Shown here in pieces: positions 36,222 to 48,851 of a stretch of 64,000 nt of DNA. The stretch is from Yuukianura sp. NJ FZ-2021. Taxonomy: Eukaryota. How positions within the stretch are numbered: the first letter of the stretch is position 1; every line of letters begins with the position of its first letter. The position numbers and the translations under genes are program-made. Below the pieces are notes generated by a model. The model was not told the DNA's origin, ran no database searches, and saw only the letters and a program-made list of their open reading frames with translations. The stretch spans positions 5,146,001 through 5,210,000 of the forward strand of contig CM102290.1 of the NCBI GenBank assembly GCA_046563655.1. Reading direction: 5' to 3'.

Positions 36222-37560
36222 ACTCCGGATGAGATCAACAGATCATGTGACACCCATAACAACGAAGGCTGATTAATTTACACATGCGAACAAAGTCAAT
36301 GGCTGCTAATTACACTTTACATATATACCTGCGATCATACCCTAACATTCTAACTTCTGCAAAATAAGGTAACATTCCTGACCATAAGTTAACATAAAGT
36401 ACTTAATCTCATTTTCAACCAATAACAAATCTCATCATTTGTGTCGATTAACTTTTTGCATCAACCTTGTTTCACTTTTACTTTTTATTATTCATAACTT
36501 AAAACTTGATTTTCTCTTTACAACAAAAAATCAAATCTTACAAATGTTACTCAACAATTAAAGCTTAAAATTCCGTTTTTTTTTCCTACTTCTTCTTTCC
36601 ATTTTAACTTTTAAGTCACAAATTAAATTGTGTTTTTCATAATTTGATAAAATAAACATAATTTTTGTCTACTAAATAGTTAGTTAACAAAGAACATGAA
36701 TGACTCACTTTTGATTTTCTTTTGTGCGTGTAGCCATATTTTTTAAAACGACTTTCTTTTTTAAACTTATTACTAACAAAGTTTTCTAAAAACAAACACT
36801 TTTTTCTTGTCTTAACTTTTTAAGTACATGAAGTCATCATTTTATAATAAGTTTACGTATTACAATTTTTATGTTTTGTTGACAGAGAGACCGAGATGAA
36901 TTGTGCTATAATGTTTTTAGACTTACTTTTCTTATTCTCCACTTTTTCTAAAAACTTATTCTTTTTAAATTGATAAATTCCTTGTTTTTTAGAAAAAGAA
37001 AGGCTAACAAGAGGTTTTTAGTTCGCCAGGGAGTGAGTGAATGTGCGTACAGGATTTTTTACTTAAAAAACAGAACGGAAGGTCAAGAGGTCAACTCATG
37101 TCGCCGCGTTTTTCATATGTGCAAAAGTTTCTGTTTTGTTTGCTCGCTGTTGACATATTGCTGCAAAGAATTTAGTATTTTAGACAACAGTATTTGAAAT
37201 TAACTAAAAATTAGAAGGGACTTTAACATACTTGAGATATAAAGTAACAAGGTCAAAGGTCGCGAAAACTTAAACTAAAAAGGCCAAAGGTCACAGAGGT
37301 AAAACCTAAAAACACATACTATTTTGGCTCTTGTGCGTAGTATATGAAAAAAAAGTGCTACAGACTAGTTTTTTTTAGATTCTCTCCAAGTGGTTATAAT
37401 AAGTAACCTACGAGAGAAGTTTTTAAGATAAACGTATCCATTACAATTAAAATTTAAAGACAGTTAAAAGTCCAATTGACTTTATGACTTAACTTGAGAG
37501 GCCATTTTGCTCCTAAAAACACTCAGCCGCAAACATGAAAAGTCCACTCTCTAATAATAA

Positions 37561-37882
37561 GGACTTTGCGTTATGAATAATTTATAGAATTTATAGGAAT
37601 TATAGAATTTATACAAATTATAGAATTTGTAGCAGGAAGTATTAGAATTTATGGCGGGTAGTGACGTCACTTTCCAAACTTTTGGGATTTATAAAATTTC
37701 TAAACAATAATTCATAATTTCCATAAATGACAAAAGTTTCGAAATGAAAAAAAAAAGTGACGTCACAGATTTTACACGGACCAATTGCGGGAGCCGTAAC
37801 GAAATGGGCGGGTGGAGAGGCGGGGCTTCCATAGATTCTATAAGTCCTATAAATTCTATAAAATAATTATAACGCAACCTCC
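37561..37882. mobile_element. MITE-like element between the 3' ends of the Brambleberry-like and Raf genes
   Basis: About 45-bp imperfect TIR (TTGCGTTAT..TTTATAGAATTTATAGGA) and paired internal GTGACGTCAC palindromes. The TSD is ambiguous. Confidence 0.6.
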
Positions 37883-38166
37883 CTAATAACTTATGAATAA
37901 ATGCTGATTGAAAAGGAGATCTTATACATGTTAAAAACGAACAAAAAGAACTTAGAATCCTATAAAAACCTACACTAGCAGTTTTATAATCCATCACAAT
38001 GATGTTGCTTCAGTTTTCAGGTTCACGGTACTTTGAGTGCTGCTTCGTCTTCTAAAAAGTTAACTTGGAATGAGGATTCTCCCGAGGCATTGTAAGTCGG
38101 AGATTCAAAACTTGCGTATCTGCTGCTCTTCTTGCCGCTTGTTGTTCTAGTTGATACTTGGCCAGT

Positions 38167-41100
38167 TCAAATGTTGGTGCCAGTAGTGGAAAAGAATGGA
38201 AAGGCACCGAACTGAGTATTGATCGGAGTCTTTGGAGAAGAACAGACGTACAAAAAGTCATCCGACTGCACATGCGTCCTGCTCAACATCGGCTCTGATG
38301 CTGATCGATGGATTTTTGGCAACGAGCTTAACAGACTTTCTAGTGAGGTCAGAATCTGAAACAGTTTTCAAAATTTTAGTATTTGTAGGTGAACGACTAC
38401 AGGTTAGGTAAAAGACTATAAGTGACTAAAAGTTATGATCACGTCATGGAAAATCACACATTCTCACTTGTCTAAAAAGTGGACGCTCATCGCGACTAAA
38501 CTTGATACAATTTTCAAGAAGTCTGCGAAGTGCCTTTGGCGTGTCAGATCTCAAAGCATTCAAGTCCGGCTGAAGATACCCACGCCCAACCATGAACAAA
38601 ATCTGCAAAAAAAAAAATCACAAAAATCATTAAATTCTAAAGAACTTCCATAGTAACAGAAAGTATCAAAAGATTAGCATTGAAAAGAAAAGTATTTTCG
38701 TACCTGATCTTTGTTGTTGATATGCGAGTAGGGAAGGAGACCTGTCAACAACTCAAACAAAACCACACCAAAGGCGTACACATCTGACTGGAAACTGTAT
38801 GGATTCTCTTCCTGCATCCGAATCACCTCTGGAGCCATCCATAGTATTGACCCTGCAAAAAGTAATTGAATTAGTAAAGTTCTGTTCTAAATTTATCCAA
38901 AAACTAATTAACTCTTTGTATAAACACAAGTCTACCTGATGGTTGTTGGTACTGTTGAGATCCTGACCACCTTGTTTTCACAGTTGCCAAACCAAAATCC
39001 CCAATTTTCACGGTCAAGTCGTCGTGAAGGAAGATGTTGTTGCTTTTTAAATCTCGATGGATGATGTTCTTGGCATGCAAGTAGCTAAACACACAAAGTA
39101 GAAACGACTCTTAGCATCTCAAAACGCACTTTGTTGAGTTAATTAGTTTAGTTAATTAACTTACTCCATTCCCTGTGCAGTCTGCCTTCCGACTTCAATT
39201 AGTTGCAGCAGCGGAAACTTTGATTCCAAAACGTGAATGTGCTTGTAGAGGGAGGAGCCTTCACACCACTGCGTCACAATTGCCAATTGTGGTTTGCTTA
39301 CACATCCCATAAATAGAAGAATGTTCACATGTCTACAAAAAATCAACATCAATTAGTTATTATAGCGAAAGCTACTTTATGCATCGACCTTGTCTGTCTG
39401 TCTGCCCGACCATTATTTTTTGCAGTACCTTGTCTTTCGAAGTACGGCGACCTCATTTTTGAATGCCTGAAGTTGAGCTGGAGTTGGATCCTTGACATTG
39501 AGAGTCTTGACAGCAACTGGTCCATGCCAGTAGCCTCGGTACACTGTGCCAAAGGACCCAGACCCAATTCTGTGTCCAATCAGAATCTCATCTGCCGGGA
39601 TCTCCCAATCCTCAACATACTCTCGAGCTGCCTTGACCTGCATCTACAACAACAAATTGCCTCAAGTCCAGACTTTGTAATTGTGTAGAGCTGTTTCCGT
39701 GGTTACCTTTTTGCTGCTTTCATCTGCAGAGCGAGCCCTGGGGCGACAGGGCCTAATCGTATTGGTGGGAGAAGCTTGTGCGCTTTGACTGAGCGAAGCC
39801 TTGGTGGGACTGGTGACGGGACTCGTGGAACTGGGAGCCATGCTGCCCACAGCTCCTTGACTCTGACCTTGAGCAACACAAGGGCCCCCTGCAAATCACA
39901 AAGCAAAACAAACATCAGTCATTAACTTAGTTAGCATCTCTCTCATTTCTTCTGTAGATTCAGTTTTTGCACTTTGAAAGTTTTTGCAATTTGTAAACAA
40001 TTGGTGTTGATGGATTTGTAGTTTAAAAATGCTGACATTTCAGTTTTTCTGGACACTATCACCGTTATGGTTGTGAAAAAACAGGAATTGGAACCTTACA
40101 GAAAGTTGTCAAGAAATGGATTAAGACTTTTTTAGGCATTTGAAGCATGTTTACTGCGTAGCAGGTGAAATGGTCAAAATAATTTTATCAACAAGTGAAA
40201 AGGTCAAAAAGTCAAAATGTCAAAAGTAGGCTTGGTATCGCTAGATTGTTTGACCTTTTCACGTTTTGACCAAATTGATTTTGAGCATATGACATGGAAC
40301 CGCCTACTGGCACTAGCGAGTAATGAAAGAAGAAAGTACTGAAGCTTATAGTGAACAAAAAGTAAACAAAATATACGAACTTGGTCCAAGAATAATGCCG
40401 GTTGCGACACTCATGAGAGGGAAAGCCCACGGTCCAGCGCATGCCCCATGCTGCGGAGGCCTCGGCTGTGACCCGCACATTTCACTACTTCTTAACACGG
40501 TTTGACTCCGTCCACTATTAAAAGGCCACCAGTCTACGATGACATAAAGAACAACGAAAAAATAACAGAGATCATGCAGGAAATAAACATGCCTACAAAA
40601 TATATCTCAACAGGCTAACTTCCGTACCCTACCCAACGTACAGAGGAACTTGACAGGAGCATAACATAAAGTCAGAATCAAACAACAAAAAACGAGGGGA
40701 AAACGAGATTAATCGATTACTTTAAATTGCTAAATGAACCCAACTAACGTTAACTTTAGCTTCAAAGTTACAACTGGAAAAAGTGAGACGTTAAAAAAAG
40801 TGACATAAAACAAACAAAAAGCAAAAGAGAGAAAGACATTTGGCGATGTAAACACTTTGCAAATTGAAATAAGTTGAAGCTCCAGCGTAAACCCTTTGTG
40901 CCTAATGCTATATGAATGGATTTGGAAATTGTCAGCTAAAGGAAGCAGGGTGCAAATTCCCATTCTGACAACATTGATAGACGTATAAAATTTAAGACTA
41001 AAAAGTAAATAATAAAGTAAGCCAACTCACTAGAAAGCTGGACGTATTGATGGTTACCGTGTAGTGTAGAATAGGCTCCTTTTGAATACTTTTGAAGTAG

Positions 41101-42279
41101 AAACTCATCAGATTCAGTGACTTGTCCAATGGAATTGTAGCAAACGTTTGGAGCAGACGTGGACCGTTCACGTTGTCCCAGAATTTGAGAATCATGGCTT
41201 TGATTAGTAGACAGTGGATCATCATTGTTAATCGGAGAAGGTGACTGACAAACGGAGGCAATTTCAATTGGATCAGCCGTCTGTGCTAATAATCTGTTCA
41301 TGATGTAAACAAAAATTATGAGTTTTGTCAAATTCATGAAAAAAATGAAGTAAGATCATAAAAAGAGTAAGTTACACTTGATAGTAGGCATTTTGCATTT
41401 TAACTTGTTGACATAAAGCAGGGACGCCGGCGGCACATCGCTGATGAAAGCGATACCCGCATGTTCGACAATGAAATCCTTGAAATAAAAGTCTTCGACA
41501 GCATTCACAGTATGCCAAAGAGAAGAATGTTTTCCGGACCTAGAATGTCAAAAGATCAAAATGGTTAGAGTATTCATTACCAAAAGTGAGAATAACCATA
41601 CTTACAAAGTTGTGCGAAATACTGGTTGTAATTGGAAACTTCTCCAGTATTTCAACAGTAATTTCTTCTCCTTCAAGTCTTTGGATATCAGCATCCCATG
41701 GAACTTGTACGCGCATGGAGTTTGTTGTTTTGAACACCGCACACATCTCTGGAGTCAACTTCCGACGTTTCATTGCTTTCGCTAGAGCTTCTCTCACGGA
41801 TTGTCCAGCCTTGACTTGAACAGACGTCCTCTGTTGATTGGGCAAATGAGCTCGAATGACTGATTTGAATGGAGACCGTGGAGACAGTCCACCGTCGCCA
41901 GGCAATGACGAGCATGGCAGAGAATACTCGTGGAAATTGTTTCCATGAAGTGGCGGAGAAATCTCCCGGTGGTGACTGAAAACGAAAAACACATTGTCAA
42001 TTGAAAGACAAAACAAGAGTGAAACTAAAATTAATTAACACAACGCATAAACACCAACCTAGAATCATTGGCAATTTGTTCCTTTAGGTGTTGTTCTTTC
42101 CCTTCCAGGTCATGCAACTTCGTTGTTAGTTCTGAATACTCTTCAAGGTAGTTTTGTGGTGGATCCTGGAACCCCGCAAAACGTTCCTTCAACGCATCAA
42201 TATTCTCCTTCGTCACCCGAATCCCATTCTGTATGCTCCTAAGAACGTTGTCTGGGACATCCTGTGACCCACAGGCCAT
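38167..42279 (-). CDS. RAF: Raf serine/threonine kinase (B-Raf/D-Raf type), ~734 aa, or ~785 aa with the candidate cassette exon
   Basis: BRS-like coiled coil, RBD ([12 protein letters not shown]), C1 domain (HNFVRKTF..), RSTSAP, kinase ([36 protein letters not shown]) and RSASEP. Exons 42279-42059, 41975-41606, 41539-41376, 41293-41031, [40533-40381 optional], 39888-39707, 39643-39429, 39332-39165, 39084-38936, 38852-38704, 38602-38468, 38355-38167. Confidence 0.97.
40159..40307. mobile_element. Foldback/MITE-like interspersed repeat in a Raf intron
   Basis: Second copy of the 35821 element, with internal inverted arms (AAAAGGTCAAA / TTTGACCTTTT). Ends are approximate. Confidence 0.6.
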
Positions 42280-42965
42280 TCTCCGATGTCCTTCACTTGA
42301 GGCTGGAATGGCTGTGCAGTGTTGACTGTACTACGTTTTTACTACGAAATCGTCGCAAGTAAGATACTGGAGCGTAGACCTTATCGTCGGTTCCGAGAGT
42401 TTTAGTCTCAATGTGTTTCCTGGAAAGTAGTAAAAAGTGCAATGAGTAGACAACCGGAGGAGATCGGTGACCAAGTAATGCTGATGCAGAAGACCTTTGG
42501 CCTTTTGAAAAGCTCTCTCTCTGACTTTTGATGTCGCACCGTGAGAACCGTGTGTTTTGGGTGACTACTTACTCGGTAAGGAGATGAAAGTCGGGCGACG
42601 AGACTTTGGAAGAGCTCTTCTGTTCGTAAAGGGCAGACGGCGATGCTGATGATGATGTTATGGGATAGCGAATGCGTTGAATCACATCCAACACAAGAAC
42701 ATCGCTGTTTTCTGTTCCTCCTTCGGAAAATGAAAGGCCACAGGGCCACTTTACTACAACACAACAGATGAGCAATGAAAACGGGACGGATACCGTAAAA
42801 GCTGCGTTACGGGCCCCCGATACGGCTATATTACTTTGGGTAATACGATGCAAAGTCTCTTTGTCGCCTGTACCTCGCCATTAAGATCAAAGAGTATCTA
42901 AGAATTAATTTGAGCGTTATTGTTAAGTCAAAGACCGATTGAATCCTTATGTTTTGAATGATATA

Positions 42966-43762
42966 CGGTGGATTCTCTAAATAAGGGACAGGAGCTCCTC
43001 CTCTTTCTCGCTTTCACTCGAAGTCGCGGTACCGTAAAGTTCTAATTTTGGAGGGAACGTATGCTTCAGTTTATCGGCTTATTTTTTACGATTGTTTTTT
43101 TTTGGTTAATTTTTTTTGGTGCGAAACAAAAGTAATTAGATAATTAAATGGAATTAACTAATATTAATATATATATATTATATATATATATCTGCGCACA
43201 ACCTGCGCAACAGCGCACAACCTGCGCAACAGCGCACAACCTGCGCAACAGCGCACAACCTGCGCAACAGCGCACAACCTGCGCAACAGCGCACAACCTG
43301 CGCAACAGCGCACAACCTGCGCAACAGCGCACAACCTGCGCAACAGCGCACAACCTGCGCAACAGCGCACAACCTGCGCAACAGCGCACAACCTGCGCAA
43401 CAGCGCACAACCTGCGCAACAGCGCACAACCTGCGCAACAGCGCACTGTATATAATATATTATATTATATAACCTGTTTAATAAGGGTGACATTCACAGC
43501 GTAATTTGCATATAATATACCATATAATATTGATTACCTAGTATATAGATATCACATATAATTAGCATTAATATATGAATATTATGTATATTAATATTAA
43601 TTATATACTCTGAACTTCGAAACAGGAAATTTTCATTAGAATGGTGTTCCTAGCCTTAAATTCCATATAACTGACCGTTTACCAGAAATCTTACGGTACT
43701 GGGGGAGGCGCCTACTACCAATCCTCCAATCGTGATTTTTCCCTTATTTAGAGAATCCACTG
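42966..43762. mobile_element. Non-autonomous Tc1/mariner-pogo-like element containing a minisatellite
   Basis: TIR C(G/A)GTGGATTCTCTAAATAAGGGA matches 22/23 (42966-42988 and 43740-43762). Flanked by TA on both sides. No transposase ORF. Confidence 0.8.
43194..43446. repeat. Perfect 19-bp minisatellite (GCGCACAACCTGCGCAACA) x ~13.3
   Basis: Read directly. It explains the four 19-aa-periodic ORFs at 43144-43504. Confidence 0.97.
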
Positions 43763-45738
43763 TACTGTAAATTCCAGTGTACTTTTACGGTATAAGCTTC
43801 ATTTTTGTGTTGGAGTAATTTATAACTGTTGCAATTGTAACCACACCAATGAAATTCCTGACTTGACCAGTTAGATTTTCTCCCAAGAGCTACAGGCGCC
43901 TCTGGCCTACACCAAAATGTTGCCACGAATGGTGGGATCACGTTTTGGCAAGTTTCATTAGATCTTTCGTGTGAAATTCAAAAATAGAAGTACTTGAAGT
44001 TAAATTTTTCACCAAACAAGCACATCTAAAAGTTAGAGTATAAGTGAATTTTTCAGCAAACAAACACGTCTACAAGTTAGAGTACAGATGAATTTTTGCC
44101 AAATGTATATATGGAGTAATCTTGCACATTGTTATTAGTAATTGTTAGTAGAATATATAAAATTTGCACTGCAATAAACACTGCTAACTGGTAGGAATAC
44201 CTATCTGTAGATAGAATTTTGCCTTGATTGCATGTACTACTAATTCTCGGGAATGCATAGGGTATTGCTACATTAAATCCAGTTTATACTAATTTAAAAC
44301 GTGTATGTTCGTTGAGCAATCATCGCAGTATGTGAACGCCCAGAAATGAACGCCCTGTAAACCCAGAGGGTTAGACACTATTGTCTTATCGCCATTATAC
44401 CACACTCTAAATCTCGGATATCACCAATTTGAATGCACATGTATCTGTGGTTACACCAGTTTACAGTACACTGTACTTCAACCAGTTGTCCACATCCCTA
44501 TAAGTATTTCCCTTTAAAGTATTCCACTCCACCGCATCCACTTACGATCATTTACGTAGATCACGTCATCAATTTGTTTTCTAAACAACTGTTTCTGCTG
44601 TTCTTGTGTGCCTTTGTTTGTTCTTCGTCAACATCAATCGACTAAACTGCTCCTGGCCTTGTCATCACTATTCCACAAAACAGCTGTAGAGCAACAAATA
44701 CTCATCGTTCCTACTGAAAGTCGTAACTCGTAAGGTTGAAATTAATCGTTACTGTTATCCGAAACAGCGTTAGGTATTTGAAAGTAAGTGAAAGTTAATC
44801 TTCATGAACTTTTTTTTTACAGCTGGTGGGCTGGTGGATGTGTACCACCTATTCGGGTGATGAAGGTGATAATTGATAATCAACCGTCAACTAATCACAC
44901 CATATCAATATCAATGTACGTAAAATAATCAGTAAGCGAAATACTCTAAGGGGCCTTAGTTTCGAAAAAATATGTTGACTGTTACACCATAACGATTATA
45001 GCTTAATGATCAGTTACAGGCTGATGGGATTGCGATGAGGATACGAGATAAAGCAAAGTCGTTTAGAGATGAATCCCCAAAGTCGTTCCCGATGGAACGA
45101 CCTTGACTCTTTTCTCGTGTAGTTTACGACTAATGCGATTTTTTTGCTATTGTATTTCAGGAGGGTGATCCCGATGGGGCGCTAACCCTGGAGTGAGAAC
45201 AATGACATCAACTTATCCTGATTCCATCGAATACTTAAATCCCATAGTAATTAGTCGTGTATGCTAATATCAATTCACTCAAATTCTCATCGAGATGGAA
45301 CTTTCTCACCAAGGTAAACCTTGACCTAAGATTTTCAGATTTAAATGAAATTGGTTGATCAATGCTGTTTTCTATATTTTCAGATGTCACTCGGCATTAG
45401 ACCAACGAGATTTATATCCCATTTCCTCCTGTTTAATAATCGATTAGGATTAGGTTAATAACCCACTTATCCACATTCCTTAAAATTCTCCACTATTCTG
45501 CTCCTTCAAGGAGAAATGCTTGAGAGGGAAAAAGTTGTTAATTTACAAGTGAGTCTCTCATCCCCTTGACCCCTTCTCCCAGATTGTCGTTTGTTTACTC
45601 AGCATAGGCTGTTTGTTATGTTATTTTTATAACTCTTTCTCCGTAGAGTTCTAAATAGTTTCTGTTTTTTTTCTAATTTTCTCCCCATAACACTTCAGTT
45701 CCTAATTCTGTAATATTTAGTCAAATTAGAGTTTCAAA

Positions 45739-48435
45739 ATGTTTTCCTCTCACTTACATTGTAAAGGCATGGCTGCCCTTCCCATTCTATTCGTTCTAAT
45801 TGTGATTCCCTTGTCGCTAGACGCGTTTAACATTTTTAGTCATTCGTATGACAAACTAGACCAGAAGTATGGGTCCTTCACAGAGGACATGCGAATTGAA
45901 ATGTTAGGGGAAGTGCGGGAAATGTTTTACTTTGGTTATGACAATTATATGCGTTACGCCTTTCCCCTGGACGAGTTAGACCCCATTCATTGCGTCGGTC
46001 GTGGTCCGGATCATGACAATCCGTAAGCCCATCCAACAGTATTTCCAGTATTTCGTTTCTAATTCCAGTATTTTCTAGATCCAATATCAACATTAATGAT
46101 GTCCTGGGAGACTACTGCCTCACGCTCGTGGATTCACTGGACACGCTGGCCGTGATAGGAAACATTACCGAATTCCAGCGAGCCGTTAAGCTCATTATTG
46201 AGCACGTTTCGTTCGATAAAGAAAATACAGTACAAGTCTTTGAAGCCAATATTCGGTGAGTTTGTACTTTTGTCCGTAATCGATTACTCTGTACATGTTA
46301 AAAGGCAGGAACCGTGGTATTACTAGCTCAATCGTGAGAGCGATTACCCAGGAGTGTAAGATTTGGGTCCGATTCCCACTCGAGCCGTGTATTTTTTCCT
46401 GTTCTTTTCTTGCAATATAGTCGGTGCAAACCAATTGTGTATCGATATCGATTTCATAGTCGATTACTCGATTACTGTTAACTTAATTAATTGACTATTG
46501 TAGACTACTTGGTGGACTGATTTCTGGACATATGCTTATGGAGAACGATCCTCATCTTTTCGGGGACAATTTGAGACCAAAATGGTACAGTGGAGAGCTG
46601 CTCCAACTAGCAGCTGATTTGGCCCATCGCCTGCTTCCAGCATTTCAAAAGTCAATCACTGGCATTCCATTCCCCAGAGTAAGTTTTTTTTCTGTGTTTT
46701 TACTAAAAACTGACATTTTGGTATAATTTTTGAAAATTTTGAAATTTTAAGGTAAATCTGAAGAGAGGAGTTGTAGACGAAGGAGTGGAGACGTGTACAG
46801 CTGGAGCTGGGTCTCTTCTGTTGGAACTCGGAACTTTGTCGCGTCTCCTAGGAGATCCGATCTTTGAAACCATGGCACGTCGTGCCAATCGTGCCTTGTG
46901 GAGTGCTCGTGCCAAGAACACTGGACTGCTCGGTGAGTACAAAATACTTTCCAGTATAAGCAAAATACTTGGCAAGCATTTGAAATGTTGATTGGGTTTC
47001 AGGAAACGTCATTAATGCAAAGACTGGCCAATGGGTGGGACGTTTGAGTGGCCTAGGAGCAGGACTGGATTCTTACTTTGAATACTTGCTCAAATCATAC
47101 ATTCTGTTTGGTGAAGAGGAAGACTACGCCATGTTCAACGAGTCCTATAACGGTTTTAAGCAGTATCTACGCAGAGGGTAATTTTGAAAGTTCAAAATTT
47201 CAAAATTTTATGTAATTTTAAAATTTTGATTTTGAGCAGGAGAACACACTGCAATTCGGGGTATGGGGATCATCCTCTCTACGTCAACGTTGACATGCAC
47301 AGCGGAAACACATACACTTACTGGATAGATGCACTTCAAGCTTCCTTCCCTGCAGTGCAGGTATGGTTTTGTTAAATTCCGAATTTAAAGTCTATTGGTG
47401 TAATTTTGGTTCAAAAATCAAATGGTTTCAGGTTCTTTTTGGTGATATCGAAGAAGCAATTTGTACCCACGCTTGGTAAGACGCCAAATCCACTGAACTT
47501 TTGAGCCTTTTATATTAAAAAGTGTGTTAAATTTTTAATCGCAACAGGCATTACAATGTGTGGAAGAGATACGGCCTTCTGCCTGAACGATTCAACTGGC
47601 AACGACTGAGCCCCGATGTCGCCTTTTACCCACTTCGGCCGGAACTAGTCGAATCCACATATCTACTCTACCAGGTACCAATTAACTAGAACTTAATTCA
47701 CAGTTAATTGATGTCAGTTACAATTTGTTAATGTGGATTCCACTGATGTTTTGTGTTTTGCTAGGCAACTAAGAATCCGTTCTACTTGCACGTTGGACGT
47801 GAAATAATTCAAAGCATAAACGCTTATACCAAAACGAAGTGTGGTTATGCCACTGTTCATGATGTCATTGAGATGTCACTGGAAGACAGAATGGAAAGTT
47901 TCTTCTTGTCGGAGACCTGCAAGTATCTGTACTTGGTCAGTTGCTGGAATACTTGTTTATACTTAGTTTTCAAGTGAAGGAGTGAAATAATGCTGGATTT
48001 GTTTTCCAGTTGTTTGACGTGGATAATCCACTGAACAAGCAGTTTAGCAAGTATTTGTTTACGACTGAGGGTCACTTACTCCCCATTGGATCGCAGCTGA
48101 GAACAAAACCTTGGTCGGAGGCTGAAGCGGAAGCCTCTTCAAGAGACTCCGGAAGTGACCGAACCGCTGGCAAAGAATCATTTCCGGCAAGTCAGCTCAA
48201 CAAGCCTTACGTAAACCCGGACTCTTCGGCGCCATTTAATTCCAACGTAACACAACCGACTGTGAGTAACTGCAGTTTAACACTTAATTAATTAGTTAGA
48301 TAAGTATTGATCAACTTGATTTTGCTTAATTTTGAACAGTGTGATGCAATTGACGAAGCTAGGCACTACTTGTTGCCACTTCGGACTCCGTACTACCTAC
48401 AGCTGACTGAGAGCCTCGGTCTCAAGGAACTGTGA
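45739..48435 (+). CDS. EDEM1: ER degradation-enhancing alpha-mannosidase-like protein 1 (GH47), ~600 aa
   Basis: Motifs [73 protein letters not shown] and [18 protein letters not shown], with a short EDEM1-type C-terminus. Exons 45739-46022, 46079-46255, 46504-46678, 46752-46932, 47003-47177, 47240-47360, 47432-47475, 47548-47674, 47765-47935, 48010-48261, 48340-48435. The start may be the second ATG (45769). Confidence 0.93.
46316..46397 (+). pseudogene. tRNA-derived relic / SINE-like head in EDEM1 intron 2
   Basis: A-box-like TAGCTCAATCGTGAGAGC, T-arm-like TGGGTCCGATTCCCA and a downstream T-run. The acceptor stem is broken. Confidence 0.5.
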
Positions 48436-48851
48436 GTACAATGGCCGTTTCTCTTCCAAAAATGTGCTTGTACCTACCATATTTCGTGCTTAATTTATTT
48501 GCTCACACCCACTGTTTTTGACTTAAGTTTATGTTAAAACTTCAATTTTAATTAGCTTCGCTGCATGTCATTAGCGCGAATACAATAAGAGCGAATTAAG
48601 TTGGCAACGCTGGAACTGAACCTTATTTGAGTGTAGGTAAGGGTTTTTAAAATTGTGGGTTGTTTCATTGGCAATGTGTACAGTGTTGCCGATTTGTGGA
48701 ATTCGCGCTTATTGTTTTCGCGTTAAAGACCTGGAACAATTAGCATCCCTTATTGAGTTAGTAATTGACGAAATGATTAATTGAGTGTCTGTGACACTAC
48801 GAGAAATAACTAACTAATAGCTTAGATTTTGTTTTTAATTTTTGCCTAATA

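Noticed and set aside
42408..42853. Upstream ORFs as extra N-terminal Raf coding exons
   Set aside because: An in-frame stop lies shortly upstream of the Raf ATG at 42279 and the ORFs have no Raf-like content. This is probably 5' leader or promoter.
43144..43504. Cys-rich periodic ORFs, or a possible CRISPR-like array
   Set aside because: It is a head-to-tail 19-bp repeat with no spacers and no cas genes. The ORFs arise because the unit lacks stop codons.
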